Origin: Anthoceros angustus
Taxonomy: Eukaryota; Plantae; Anthocerotophyta
Assembly: GCA_010909165.1 (NCBI GenBank)
Contig: VJWM01000019.1
Coordinates: 186,001 to 250,000 of the forward strand
Reading direction: 5' to 3'
DNA length: 64,000 bases
Shown here: in pieces, positions 50,190 to 61,752 of the stretch
Position numbering within the stretch: the stretch's first letter is position 1
How the letters are laid out: each line of letters begins with the position of its first letter
Notes under the pieces: generated by a model
The model's input: only the letters and a program-made list of their open reading frames with translations
Database searches by the model: none
What the model was told of the DNA's origin: nothing
Made by a program: the position numbers and the translations under genes

Positions 50190-52700
50190 CCCTCAAGGTA
50201 GACCTATTAGGCTAACTTGTTGTCTTGGTCGGAGAGCACACTAACACCCAGAAGAGCTGCACAAGCGAAGTGTTTGTCCCGTGGGAGAGTCAAGATGTCA
50301 GCCCCCATCAGCTCTGTTGGGCAGTACTCAAGTCATACATCCCCGGCTGCGCACTTCTTACGTCCATAGTGATATTGGAGATCAATGCACGTGGACCTAG
50401 AACTAAACTTCGGGTTGCCTGCGAGAGCGAGATTGGATTGGTTGTCTATCTTGATGACCAGTGGCCTCTGCTGCATCATACTGAGTTCATCAAGGAGCCG
50501 GATGCGATCCACTACGCGCTTGGTGGTGAGCGTAGCAGCCATGTACTCATATTCGGTAGATGAGAGTGTTATGGCAGTCTGCCGCTTGGATCCCCAATCA
50601 ATTGCGGCGTCACAAAGCATCAAGGCGAATCCTGATGTGGATTTCTTGGAGTCCACGTCTCCCCCCTAATTAGTATCGGTGTAGGCTGAAAGTTGGGGAA
50701 AGGAGGCAGTAGCTGCATTGCCGATGGGAGGTCCATGGTACTTGAGTCCATAAGCCATGGCCCCCTTAAGATAGCGCAAAGTCTGCTTAAGGGCGGACCA
50801 ATGTGCAGGTCCGAGGTTAGCCATCTGTTGAGCGAGTACACGAACAGCGTGCCCGATGTCGGGACGCTTATGGTTGTGCAGATCCAATTGATCCGCCCAA
50901 CTGCTTCTTGATAGGGAATCATCCCCATATACTGCTCCTCGTCGGTCTTGGGTGCCTAGTTACAGGACAAGGGTGCTCCGACGGCGAGCGGAGTAGGTGC
51001 AAGTTTGCATTCCAGCATGTTGAAGCAAGTTAGCGTGTTCTTAAGATATTGCGTTTGAGTAATATGCAAGGTTCTAAGTGCACGGTCACGAGTAACCTTC
51101 ATCCCATGCAATAGTGAATATCACCTAAATCAACCATGCTGAACTTAGACTTGAGCATTAGGATGGTCTTCGCGAGCAACCCATGCTTATCATTGCTAGC
51201 AAGGATGCAATCATCCACGTACAAGGCGAGGATGACAAGAGCATCATCAGGCCGGAGAATGTAGACGTTACCATCGGATCCAGGGCACTTAGTAAATCTG
51301 CAAGCTATGAGGAAGTCATCCATGTAGACATTCCAATTCTTGGCGGATTGCTGAAGGCCATAGATACTGCGTTGTAGCAAACATACGAGATGGTCTTTGC
51401 CTTTCTCCTCATAGCCCTCGGGTTGACGCATATATATTTTCTCTTGCAATTTCCCATACAAAATTATCGTCTTAACATCCAGCTGTACACCTCCCAATCA
51501 TGAAAGGTAGCACGAGCGAGGATGACGCGTAGAGAGCTAGTCTGGATGACAGGGGAAAAGAGGTTATCTGCATCGTAGTCGTCCTTAGCACGCTGAGTGT
51601 AGCCTTGTGCCACGAGTCTTGCTTTATAACGGTCGATGGCGCTGGCGACGTCGGAGGTGTACTTGATCTTGAAGGTCCACTTGCTGCCGACTTCGGATCG
51701 GCCGGGTGGCAGATCACAAAGTTGCCATGTCTTGTTATCTTGCAAGGACTAAAACTCATCGTCAACAACCTTCTTCGACTCAACTTCTTGTGGCCCGGAA
51801 GGGCGGCCGTTAATATGGTAGGATCCACTATATCAAAAGTTGATTACAAAACTTGAACAGGAGTGGAAGTGGCCACGCTGGTAGCATGTCTGTTAGAAGT
51901 CCGTTGAGTTTGTTCAAGGTTCTCAAGTGCCTTCCTGCTAAGGGTCCGCTCCCTAGCGAAGTGCTGGAGGTCCGTTTGCAGGAGGAGGTGAATCAGGGGG
52001 GTGAGATACCTCTTCTGCAGGAAAGAGAAGGGATCCACCAAGATCAAGGTCCGAGTCTTCACTGCTAGAGGGCACGGGAGAGGGAGGAGCTTGAGAGGTG
52101 GAAGGAGTGGAAGGAGGGGCAGGAATGACCGGCACAAGTAATGGCATAAGCGCCATGTAACATGTTAACAGGGGGATGAATAGTAGGTTGAGGAGCCGGA
52201 AGCACATATGTAGCTGGCAGAGGTGCACACTCCCATTCATCCTCCCCCCTTGCACCAACGTCAGCAAAGACATCCGATGCGGAAAAAGTAGGATCAAAAG
52301 GAGGTACATCTCCCCCATGGGCAGCAGCAGGGGAAATGAGGAGGGGCTCCTCGTTGAAGATCCTCCGTCACGGCTGTCCCCCTTTATTCAACATGTCTGG
52401 GGGCACCATAACCTCCTGAAGGAAGGTGAGGAAGAATGCGCGCTCCGCCGGGGGCTAACCCACCTGTCTATCGCAGGCAGGGAGGAGGAGGAGCATGACA
52501 CTAGCACCAAGGCAGCGGCGGAGCCCAGGACCAGGCGTAGGCAGGAGAAGGATGACTGGGAGGGCATCCCGGATCGACTAGAACGGACCCCCTCACCACT
52601 GAGGGAGATATGGGAAGAAATTCTCTCTGCCCTGCTGCTAAACAAGGCACCCCAGGAGGAGGTCACACCCATGGCTGCACTGGTGGAGGAAGAGGCTTGT
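50190..52700 (-). mobile_element. Ty1/copia remnant (RT-RNase H and upstream linker)
   Basis: DNKTW, YKARLVAQG, DVKT, YGLQQSA, LYVDDCIL, KSTSGF, LSSTEYEY, IDNQS; frameshifts and stops. The left boundary is firm, the right one approximate. Confidence 0.88.
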
Positions 52701-53488
52701 GAGGTGGTGCCCTTTTGATTTTGTTGGAGTGGGTGCCGAGGTGCAGCTTCTCCTTGTGTGCGGTGTTGCAGTGAAGAACTTGAGCCTGCTTTGCGGTCTT
52801 GTGTCGGCTGCGAAGTTCCAAGTGTGCCAGGCTTTGGCTAACGCACAACGATTGGATTGCCCCGTTTTGCACATAAAGGTGTCCTCCCTTCAAGGAGTGA
52901 TGGAACTCCCCAGTTAAGCATGCTTAGGCGGATCGATTGCTCGGATGGGGTGTCCATCCCCAAGTTCATGGCCTTCTCATTATAAATACCATGCCTTCGT
53001 CTCTGTAGAGTGTGGGGCCGCCGATTGTTAGTGCGTTAGTGCCATAGGACGTGGTTATTCGAAAAAACGATTCTTAGTGCCCTAGGACGTGGTTACTCGA
53101 AAAAAGGACCTTAAGGTGTTCCAAGCGATACATCACATTTCACACATACGTTCTCCTAGTTTAATTAATTAATTACTGTAAAAAAGATCTAAAAAAACTT
53201 CAAATTATCATACAACATATCACACTTTACAATTGATCGCCATTTTGAGCTTCAAGTGTCAATAAACATTGGGCTTCAAGTGTTTAAAAATTTTGGGTCG
53301 AGGATTGAGTTTTGTATACATACTTCTACTTCCAAAATATAGTTATGAGGAAAAACTAATATGTGATTTATGGTTCAAAGAAAACTAACATATGGAGTGA
53401 AATAGTATACTATGGTGATTGAAATCCATATAAAACATGAAATATCCATTCGCCACAAGATGTTCATACAAGAGCTAAGTACAAAGAT

Positions 53489-54379
53489 CTAATACGATAA
53501 CGAGAAAAAATCATCTATACCGTCCTCAGAACTTAAATCTCCAGCTAGCGCTGAAGTGGAAGGAATTGGCTCAACCACAGGATCTGGTGTGGGAGATTGC
53601 AACTTGGAACCCTTGCCTGCTTTAGTCCCACCGGAAGAAAATCCAAGAGTTGAAGGCGCGTTGACTAAATGTCTTCTACTCCTCTGAGGAGAGGTGTTGA
53701 TATCTTGTTCTTTTATCCTCTTTCGAGAAGAGTCACTTGTTGCTATTTCTTTCGAGTTTGTGGAACTAATTTGACTTTGCATGGTAAGCCTAGCCTCAAG
53801 CCTCTCGTCAGACCCACCATTTTCAACAAAATTGCAAGTGCTTCCAAGAGCAGATCCAAGAATATTAGTACCCGAGTTTGTTGTCGTGACATCTCTCTTC
53901 TTGGAAAGCATGAACTTGTCAGCTGCTTCTTGTGTCTCACGTCCCAGAAGAATGCAAGGACGGCCATAAGTTTTACTTGTTACCACATGTCCTGGATGAT
54001 TGTTCATACGTGGTATTTTCCATTGAAAGGAACAAGCAAGCTCATGAGCATATTCTTTCAGCTCCGGATAATGATCTCTAACATAATTCGTCAATTTGTT
54101 TGAGCAAGAGAATTTCTGGGAATGTTCTTCTGATTTAAGAAATGCCCTAGGTGCTATAACAGGCACAGCAGCATAATACCCACTTGTGCTGGACACGGCT
54201 CTGGAACCCTGAACAATCCTTGTCCATTTGTCATCCTTGCCCGGAAATGGTTTGGGCGCATATGGGTACCCTTCCCAAGTTTCACCTAACCCCAATATAG
54301 GCAACTCCTCGATTAGTGCATTAAATCTAGGGAAAGCCCTATCTTTGTCCTTGCGCAATTTCCGTGGAATTGATGCCAT
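53489..54379 (-). CDS. Unknown 296-aa protein, paralog of 47428-48288
   Basis: Intact ORF; shared flanks extend from about 52800 to 54600 and mirror about 47200-48570. Confidence 0.65.
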   Translation of the reverse strand: MASIPRKLRKDKDRAFPRFNALIEELPILGLGETWEGYPYAPKPFPGKDDKWTRIVQGSRAVSSTSGYYAAVPVIAPRAFLKSEEHSQKFSCSNKLTNYVRDHYPELKEYAHELACSFQWKIPRMNNHPGHVVTSKTYGRPCILLGRETQEAADKFMLSKKRDVTTTNSGTNILGSALGSTCNFVENGGSDERLEARLTMQSQISSTNSKEIATSDSSRKRIKEQDINTSPQRSRRHLVNAPSTLGFSSGGTKAGKGSKLQSPTPDPVVEPIPSTSALAGDLSSEDGIDDFFSLSY

Positions 54380-54597
54380 GATGGAAAAAGAAATATGAAT
54401 TCACACAGTCCTACATCATAAAAGTCCATGCTAAATTAGACTTCATCAATTACCTAATTCCAAACACATGAGAAAAGGAACTCACTCTTGTGAACAAAAT
54501 TCTTACATTCCTTCAAAATTGCGAAGAAAAGATAACACAATTCTAAAATTCAAAACTTTCTCACATCCTAACTAAGAGTACACAAGTTCATCACGAC

Positions 54598-54970
54598 ATG
54601 CAACAAGAAACAAGGTCATCAAGACATGCAATAAGAAACAAGGTCATCAAGACATGCAACAAGAAACAAGGTCATCAAGACATGTGCAATAAGAAACAAG
54701 GTCATCAAGACATGTGCAACAAGAAACAAGGTCATCAAGACATGCAACAAGAAACAAGGTCATCAAGACATGCAACAAGAAACAAGGTCATCAAGACATG
54801 TGCAACAAGGTCATCAAGACATGTGCAAAGGTCATCAAGACATGTGTCATCAAGACATGTGCAACAAGGTCATCAAGACATGTGCAACAAGGTCATCAAG
54901 ACATGTGCAACAAGGTCATCAAGACATGTGCAACAAGAAACAAGGTCATTAAGACATGTGCAACAAGAAA
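54598..54970. repeat. Minisatellite built from CAAGGTCATCAAGACATG(TG)CAA(CAAGAAA) units of about 23-30 bp
   Basis: About 14 head-to-tail units of variable length with no spacers. Confidence 0.93.
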
Positions 54971-55462
54971 CTATGCAGCTCTCGGTCACCACAAATGATT
55001 ACCTACCTAGAATCCAGAGAGTAATTAAACTATTGTATTGGCACACACATATAGTTGCAACTGTTGTATTGGTTCACACATATAGTTGCAAATACACTGG
55101 TCTCTCGATGACAATATTTGATGTACTTGATTTTTAATTCATATGCTTGTCTTTTTATTCGATGGTATAATACATATATAGCTGGAATTACATTAGTTTC
55201 TCGTTAACAAAAGGTCATATACTCCATGTTTTGTGCGTATATTATTATTTTTATTCTTATATTTTTTCTTTGATTCACATAATTTTTGAGATTGCAACAA
55301 TATATAATTAGAACTATGTAAGGTCTGGAATATGAAAGTTTATATACTTAATATTTTAATTTACACATTCGATATCACATGATCCAATAACAAAAATACA
55401 TATGAGATTATAATAGATTCTATTATTTAATTAGTAACGAATTAACTTTTGATTAATTACTA

Positions 55463-55507
<45 letters not shown>
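55463..55507. repeat. (TAT)n microsatellite
   Basis: Directly visible run of about 15 units. Confidence 0.95.
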
Positions 55508-55618
55508 CTTTTCCATAAACTCTAGAGTAGGAGGAGATCTATTCTAACTTCACACCCTCTTTTAAACTTGAATGAGGGTGAGGTATAAGAGTGCAAAACC
55601 CATCTTGTAACTTCAACC

Positions 55619-56926
55619 TTATGTGAACCTACTGCTACCTTTCATCACATGTTGTCGCAGTCCTGGTAGATAAATATTGGATGATAAGTAGTACCTGTCA
55701 ATTTTGCGCCCACTAAAGTGCTCAAAATCAGCTTCTTCCTTTGGAGCAGCTCATTTTGAAGGTTCAAACTGTTGCTGCTGCCAAATCTGCCAGTGCACTA
55801 ATTACTACCATAAAAACATTTGACACACAAGCAGGCTAGTATGTCAGCATGAGAGACTCCACCGTACCGGCTGTGCCTCATCGTCCTTGATAGAAAGTAT
55901 ACGGTTTAAAGAGAGCAGCCACGTGCTCAAACTTTGTTAGATGACATTTTTGAGTCTCCCAAGGCGATTGAAGTATGTTTCTCATTTCTTGGCAAATGGT
56001 AACAAACCCAAGATTTCAACCCTTCTAATTTTGTCCATATGTATATTAGTTGGAAATTAAACATTCGTAACGACAATCAAGATAATTAGTTGAAGGGAGG
56101 GAGCACGGCTGGCTTTGAAGAGTACAGGACCAAGTGCTTGTCAATGCTAAAAGGTAATTAAGAACAAATCTCAAGGTTTCGAGCCTCACTGAGAGGTCTT
56201 GTGTTTTACCTGTTCTGGCAAAGTGAACCGAACTGAGATACATGAATATCTTGAACACCCCGAGGTTTGGGAATGAAGTGCATTGGCCTGATCTTCACCT
56301 TGCCCGTGTCACGGGCGAGTAGGGGATCCTTGGTAAAATATTCATACAAAATGTTGAAAAGCAGGTCCAAACTTAAAGGATTTCAAGACGATGGATGATG
56401 CCACATGATATATTGCCAGCCCAAACTGACGGCTATGCTTCACCACATGTACAAGGAGGGGCGGAGGTGGGGATGTTCATGAATCACCTGTGAAAACATG
56501 CAAAAACATTTGGAGGCATACGCAGCGTTTTCCAAATTCCAATTTTCTTTTTGGTTCGAGGGTGCTAGTGTTCAAGATTGTGTCATGTCTACAATCTGCA
56601 TACAAGGAGTGTAGGCTGTAGTGGGTTCTTTTTCAATCTTAACGAGACCTCTCACAGCAACATCTCAAAGTTAAGATTTGATTTCAACAATTGGAATGGT
56701 GGCGAGGACTTGAAATGTCACCGTGCATCGAAGTTTGTATTGGTTGCAAAATTGACGATAACATCCACCTTGGTCACGACTTGGGTGGCCATAATTTGGT
56801 CCATCCCAAGACTCCAGCTAGTGATATTGCCAGGTACAACGTAGCGGTGAGCTAGCTTTCCATGAATTCCTGGAAGCGGTTGTCATGTATTTTGCGTAGC
56901 ACCTCAAACACTTCCGAATTCTTGAC
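55619..56926 (-). pseudogene. FAR: Fatty acyl-CoA/ACP reductase (FAR, MS2-like) pseudogene; first exon missing, centre largely deleted
   Basis: Minus-strand remnants in FAR order: SEVFEVLRKIHDNRFQEFMES*, VVPGNIT..LGMD..VDVIVNFATNTNFDAR, AIYHVASS, EYFTKDP, LFKPYTFYQG and IYLPGLRQHVMK, with GT-AG introns after NFDxR and YxG as in plant FARs. Confidence 0.78.
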
Positions 56927-56954
56927 CTTGAGGAGTAGCAGTTTCAAGAGCGAG

Positions 56955-57039
56955 AGTTATAGGAATATCAGACTAGATATGCGATCTCACTTTCCAAGAG
57001 TCACACCTCTTTGGGGTGACTATAAAGTCAGCTATAACT
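56955..57039. repeat. Solo 85-bp LTR-like unit with an 8-bp terminal inverted repeat (AGTTATAG...CTATAACT), just upstream of the first recognisable FAR exon
   Basis: Reverse complement is highly similar to 50104-50187; no clear target-site duplication. Confidence 0.6.
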
Positions 57040-57711
57040 GTGGACAACGGACGATTACTTTGACCTCCCTTTTAGTTAGTTATAGGAGTTTCTGTTTTTT
57101 TTTGTGAGGATTTGTGTTTTAAAATAAATGATAAGCGTGGATAATAAGGCCTATCTGGCCAACTACGCCGGCGCGACGGCAACTTCACTGTAAGCAAGGT
57201 CCGGAGGAGGTCCTGTGGAGACGAGAAAGGCAAATTCGAAGGAGTGGGTCGTAATTATGGAAGGTTGACACGTCGAAGGTGGCATGGGGCCAGTATGACT
57301 TGTAGAAGGCCAGGGCCACAGACTTGCCAGAAGTCGTTACAGGCAGGGAGCGCGGTAGTCACGACCCGAGGAGAGGCGCCCAAGAAGGCGGCAGGCGTGA
57401 AAGTGTGGCACTAGATGCAGGGGGGCGGGAGTTACTGGTCACGAAAGGGCATCTTCCCATGTGATGATTACGCCCGGCGCCGCGCTGCAGCTAGGAGAAG
57501 AAGGAGACCCCCAAACTTAGTGTCTTGGCAATTCTCTCAGTCTCTCAAGCTTCGTCACCCGGCTCTATGGGGTTTGCTCTCCCAGCGGTCGAACGCTCCA
57601 ACTTCAAGGGCTCGGGCCTTCTCAGCGCACCGTTTCCCTGTGGGGCTAAGGACGACGGGAGTCGCGGTTGCGCAGGAGCTAGTCTGTGAGCGAGGCGACC
57701 AACGCAACGGC

Positions 57712-57985
57712 ATGGCACCCAAGAAGGCAACGGAGTCTCTGGAGCCTTGGACGCTGGTGGAGAAGAATATCACCACCAAGCGCTACCTAGACTTCGGGAC
57801 GTGGCTAGAGGAAGCAGGCGAGCTTGTACGGGAATGGCACCTGGATGTGTTCTAAGCCGTATGGACCTACGACAGTATGACGCTGGTCCGGGAATATGCC
57901 CGGAGGCTATTGGCTTTGGCGAACAAGGCCGTCTGCTCTAAGAGCTTGAGGGAGGATCCCAGGCATTGGATGGTGGAGGCGCTCC
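57712..57985 (+). mobile_element. Degenerate retroelement accessory-ORF fragment
   Basis: MAPKKATESLEPW...DVF*AVWTYDSMTLVREYARR...WMVEALRAVY resembles N-termini of plant TE accessory proteins; one internal stop. Confidence 0.3.
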
Positions 57986-59395
57986 GGGCGGTATATAATG
58001 ATTTATAGCACTATATAGATCAATTTAACATATTAAATGTATAATTACATACTTTCAGCAATCAAAAAAGACTTAAGTGATAAAACATGAAAAGGCAACT
58101 TGAGCAAAAGCGAAAAGCTATGCCTATTCCCTAAGGTCGTAACCCTAACGAATGGGTATGACTAGCTATTGACTAATCAACCCCAAGTATTATCCTAAGT
58201 TACTTACTATTACTTATGGATAAGACTAAACCCTGAACCCTATTCATATTCAACACATCTATTCCTTCACTCCCACTTGTTGATTATGTGTAGGATTGTC
58301 CTTCGCAAGGCGAGCTCCTTGTGAAGACTAGGTTTAGCTGAGTTCATCTCGAAGTGCTCTCAGAAGTTTACGCTCCAGGGATCCGCCGAAACGGCAACCA
58401 TGACTTGCGCCAACATAAGACTTCTGGAGATGAGGTGTGCTTTTATTATAGTGCTCCTTCATACTCTCGCGCTCATTTGCACTGAACACCTGGAGAAGCG
58501 GATCTGGTTTCTCACTATGCCCTCTTCTTCTGGCTCCGAGGTTTCTGCCCCTCGACGGGGACAGCGGGCACGGGACTGCGTAGGGAGGTTTGCCTCTCCT
58601 AGGACAGTTGTCTCTACCAGCAAAGTGACTGGGGAGATAGCGCCAACGAGTGTGAAGAAGGAAGCCGGCCCTAGCCGCGAGAAACGCCCCAGAGGACGCC
58701 CTCCTGACACCACCAAAGCTATTCTGGAGTAGCGGAGAGCAGCAGCTGCTGCTGCTAAACCATCCAGTGATGCGGCTTCTAACATGGGTGCTCCTTGCAG
58801 ACAAAGCCTCAATAATTCTCCAAAGCTGCTTGTGCCAAACCCTGGTTTGCAGACGGTGAGTGCGCCTACTCCGATTCTGACTCCCGGCCTCTTGTCCCTT
58901 GGAAGTTCCCATGCGGGGATTATGAAAAAGAGATCAAGATAGTGAGCCTGGGGTCCTGCAACCAGCCATGCTCACCTCTCTGGTACAAGTGCAGGTACAC
59001 CCGCATCAGGATGGTTAGAGTCAGAGTATCCATCTGCTATGAGTTCCCTGGACATGTGGTCAGCTTTTACAGTAAGCTTCTTCAACATCTGTGAGTTGTG
59101 CATGTTACCATGTAATTGCTTGCGCTTACACTCCCACTGGCTGTCCACAGGGTCTGAAAACCGGATCAATGAAGAGAAAGACCTGGAGTTGAAAGAGAGA
59201 CTTTCCTACCAGGAGCGTAGGAAGCACAATTCTTCTAGGTCCGTCGAGATTTTTTCCTTTCCTTCTGAGCGTGACTCTTATGAAGATCTTGAAGAAACTA
59301 GTGAGGAGTCCATCTCCCCTCGGTCAGGGGATGAACGTTCTTTAAGCTATGTGTCTGACACAGACCACAGCTTCTGAGCTCATGTAGCTCATAGT

Positions 59396-61752
59396 TCATT
59401 GTGTGTTAGTTAGGAAAGCATCAAACTCTCCTAACCCAAGACTCTTCACATGTTTTTCGTGCAGCTCCTTTGAGAGCGCTTTGGTCAATACATCTGCAGG
59501 ATTGTCCTCTGTAGGCACATACTCAAGACGCATTGTTCCTGCTGCCACTAGGCCACGGATGTAGTAATACTCTACACCAATGTGCTTGGTGGGTGCGTGG
59601 AACACTGGGTTTTTAGCCAAAGCCATTGAACCCTGATTGTCTGTCCGTATTGTTGTGCAGGTTGGTAACTGAATCCCCAGTTCCTTAAAGAGTAATCTGC
59701 ACTAGACCACCTCGGTTGCTAAGGTGAGTATCCGATACGGCTTCAGTACTTGATAGCGCCACTGTTGGCTGTTTCTTGCTAGTCCAACATATGGGCCCTC
59801 CTGCAATGCTGACGACATAACCAGACACTGACCTTCTTGTGTGTATGTCTCCAGCATAGTCAGAGTCGGTAAATACTTCCAAGTCGAGAGATTGACCCTT
59901 CTGGCGACAATACTTGATACCAATATTCGGAGTTCCCTTAAGGTATCTAAATACTCGCTTTACGCAAGTCCAATGCTCTTGTCCTAGATTCTCGAGGTAC
60001 TGAGAGAGAACACTTGTTGCATAATCTATCTTAGGTCGTGTGGTGTTAGCTGCATTGATGAGCTTTCCTACACCCTGACGATAAGGTATGCTTTGCATTT
60101 GTTGCTTCTCTGATTCTGTCACTGGTGACATGGAGGTACTAAGCTTCAATCCACTTGGCAGGGGTGTTGCTGCTGGCTTGGTGTCCTTCAACCCTAACTG
60201 CTCAGCACTCTCAAGTAAGTACCGAGGTTGTGTGAGAGTTATAACTCTCTTACTTCTATTGCACTGAATATGTATTCATAGAGAGCTGCTTAAAGGTCCG
60301 AGATTGGACATCTTGAATTGTGTAGCCAACATATCAGTGATTTGATTGATGAAACTCTGGCTGTTACTGGACAGGATCAAGTCATCGACATATACTGCCA
60401 GGTAACACACAACATCTCCCTTAATATAAATGTACAAGTTGCCATCAGCTTGACTTTTCACAAAGCCTAGTGCCCGCAGCTCCTCATCCAGGATTGCGTT
60501 CCATTCCATGGCTGATTGTTTTAGTCCATAGAGTGTCTTGATTACCTTACAGACATAGTCCTCTTTTCCTTTGATCTCATAGCCTGGAGGCTGCTACATA
60601 TAGATTTCAGTATCAAGCTTTCCATGTAGAAAAGCTGTATTCACGTCGAACATTTGTAGTTCGTAATTGTTATATGCTGATATTGCACACAATGTGCGCA
60701 GAGTTGCTAGCTTTACGACAAGAGCAAAGGTCTCCAGATAGTCCAAGCCTGGTACTTGTGAGAACCCTCTTGCTACGAGTCGAGCTTTATATCTGTCGAA
60801 AGTTACATCAGCTTTAACTTTCAACTTGAAGACCCACTTACATGAGACCATTTTCTGACCTGGAGGTACCTTTGCTAGTTCCCATGTGCCATTCTCTATG
60901 AGTGAATCATATTCGGACGGAATAGCTTTCTCCCATTCTTTGTGGTCAGGTCTCCGCAGAGCTTCTTCATAAGATTGAGGTTCAATCGGGTCAAGTGAAG
61001 TGGTTGCATAGGCATGAACAGAGGATGACGAGACACGGAAGTCTGGAGCACTGTAATAGTCAGATGGTCTCCGTTCACGAGTAGGATACCGACGAGCTCG
61101 TTCAGGCTCTGCAACAACAGGATCTGCACCAAGGCCATCAACATCAGCACCAACAATATCATCGTCAACTGGGTGAGGAGGATCATTGACTGGCACTGGA
61201 TATTGGTCCTATATTGCAGGCTCGCGAACTGGTTCATCTGCTAACATGGCTGCATTATCCCCATCAGCAGGAGCAATATCCGGGACAGGTGCAAGTGCTT
61301 TAGCATGTGCTAAAGTGCCATGGTCAGTAGGGTCGAAGTGAGATACATCGGGAAGAACATTCTCTTCGGAATCATCAGAGTTCGGTTGAGAAGTAACTCC
61401 CACTGAGGTCCAGGGACGATGTTCATCAAAGGTAACGCTGCGAGCGTAGATAACCCTATTAGTAGGAACATCGTACAGCTTATAGGCCTTGATACCCTCT
61501 GTGTATCCTAGCATAAGAAGCTTTCGAGCCTTGTCTGAAAACTTCTTGCGTTTTTCTTTAGGTACAAACGCATAAGCCAAGCATCCAAACGTTCGGAGAT
61601 GAAGAATGGAAGGCTTGTGGCTGGTGAATGCCTTATAAGGCGTCATGCCATCAACTGAGGTGGTTGGCAACCTGTTCTTAAGGTATGTGGAAGTCATAAG
61701 GGCTTCAACCCAGTATGGTAAGGGTAGCTTAGCCTCATGAAGCAGAGATGAA
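59396..61752 (-). mobile_element. Ty1/copia remnant (integrase C-terminus, RT, RNase H), interrupted by a CACTA element
   Basis: YWVEALMTSTYLKNRLP, HLRTFGC, LGYT, ENGTW, YKARLVARGF, FDVNTAFLHG, YVDDL, KKQPTVALSSTEA, TKHIGVEYYYIR, PADVLTKAL. Confidence 0.93.

Noticed and set aside
50270-50310. GATGTCA-GCCCCC as a copia LTR/PPT boundary
   Set aside because: On the minus strand it is still RNase H coding sequence (YCPTELMGADILT); the real PPT candidate is at 50186-50198.
54598-54970. Possible CRISPR array, or the 179-aa repetitive ORF 54598-55137
   Set aside because: Units are contiguous with no unique spacers, the context is eukaryotic and there are no cas genes; the ORF is a by-product of the repeat.
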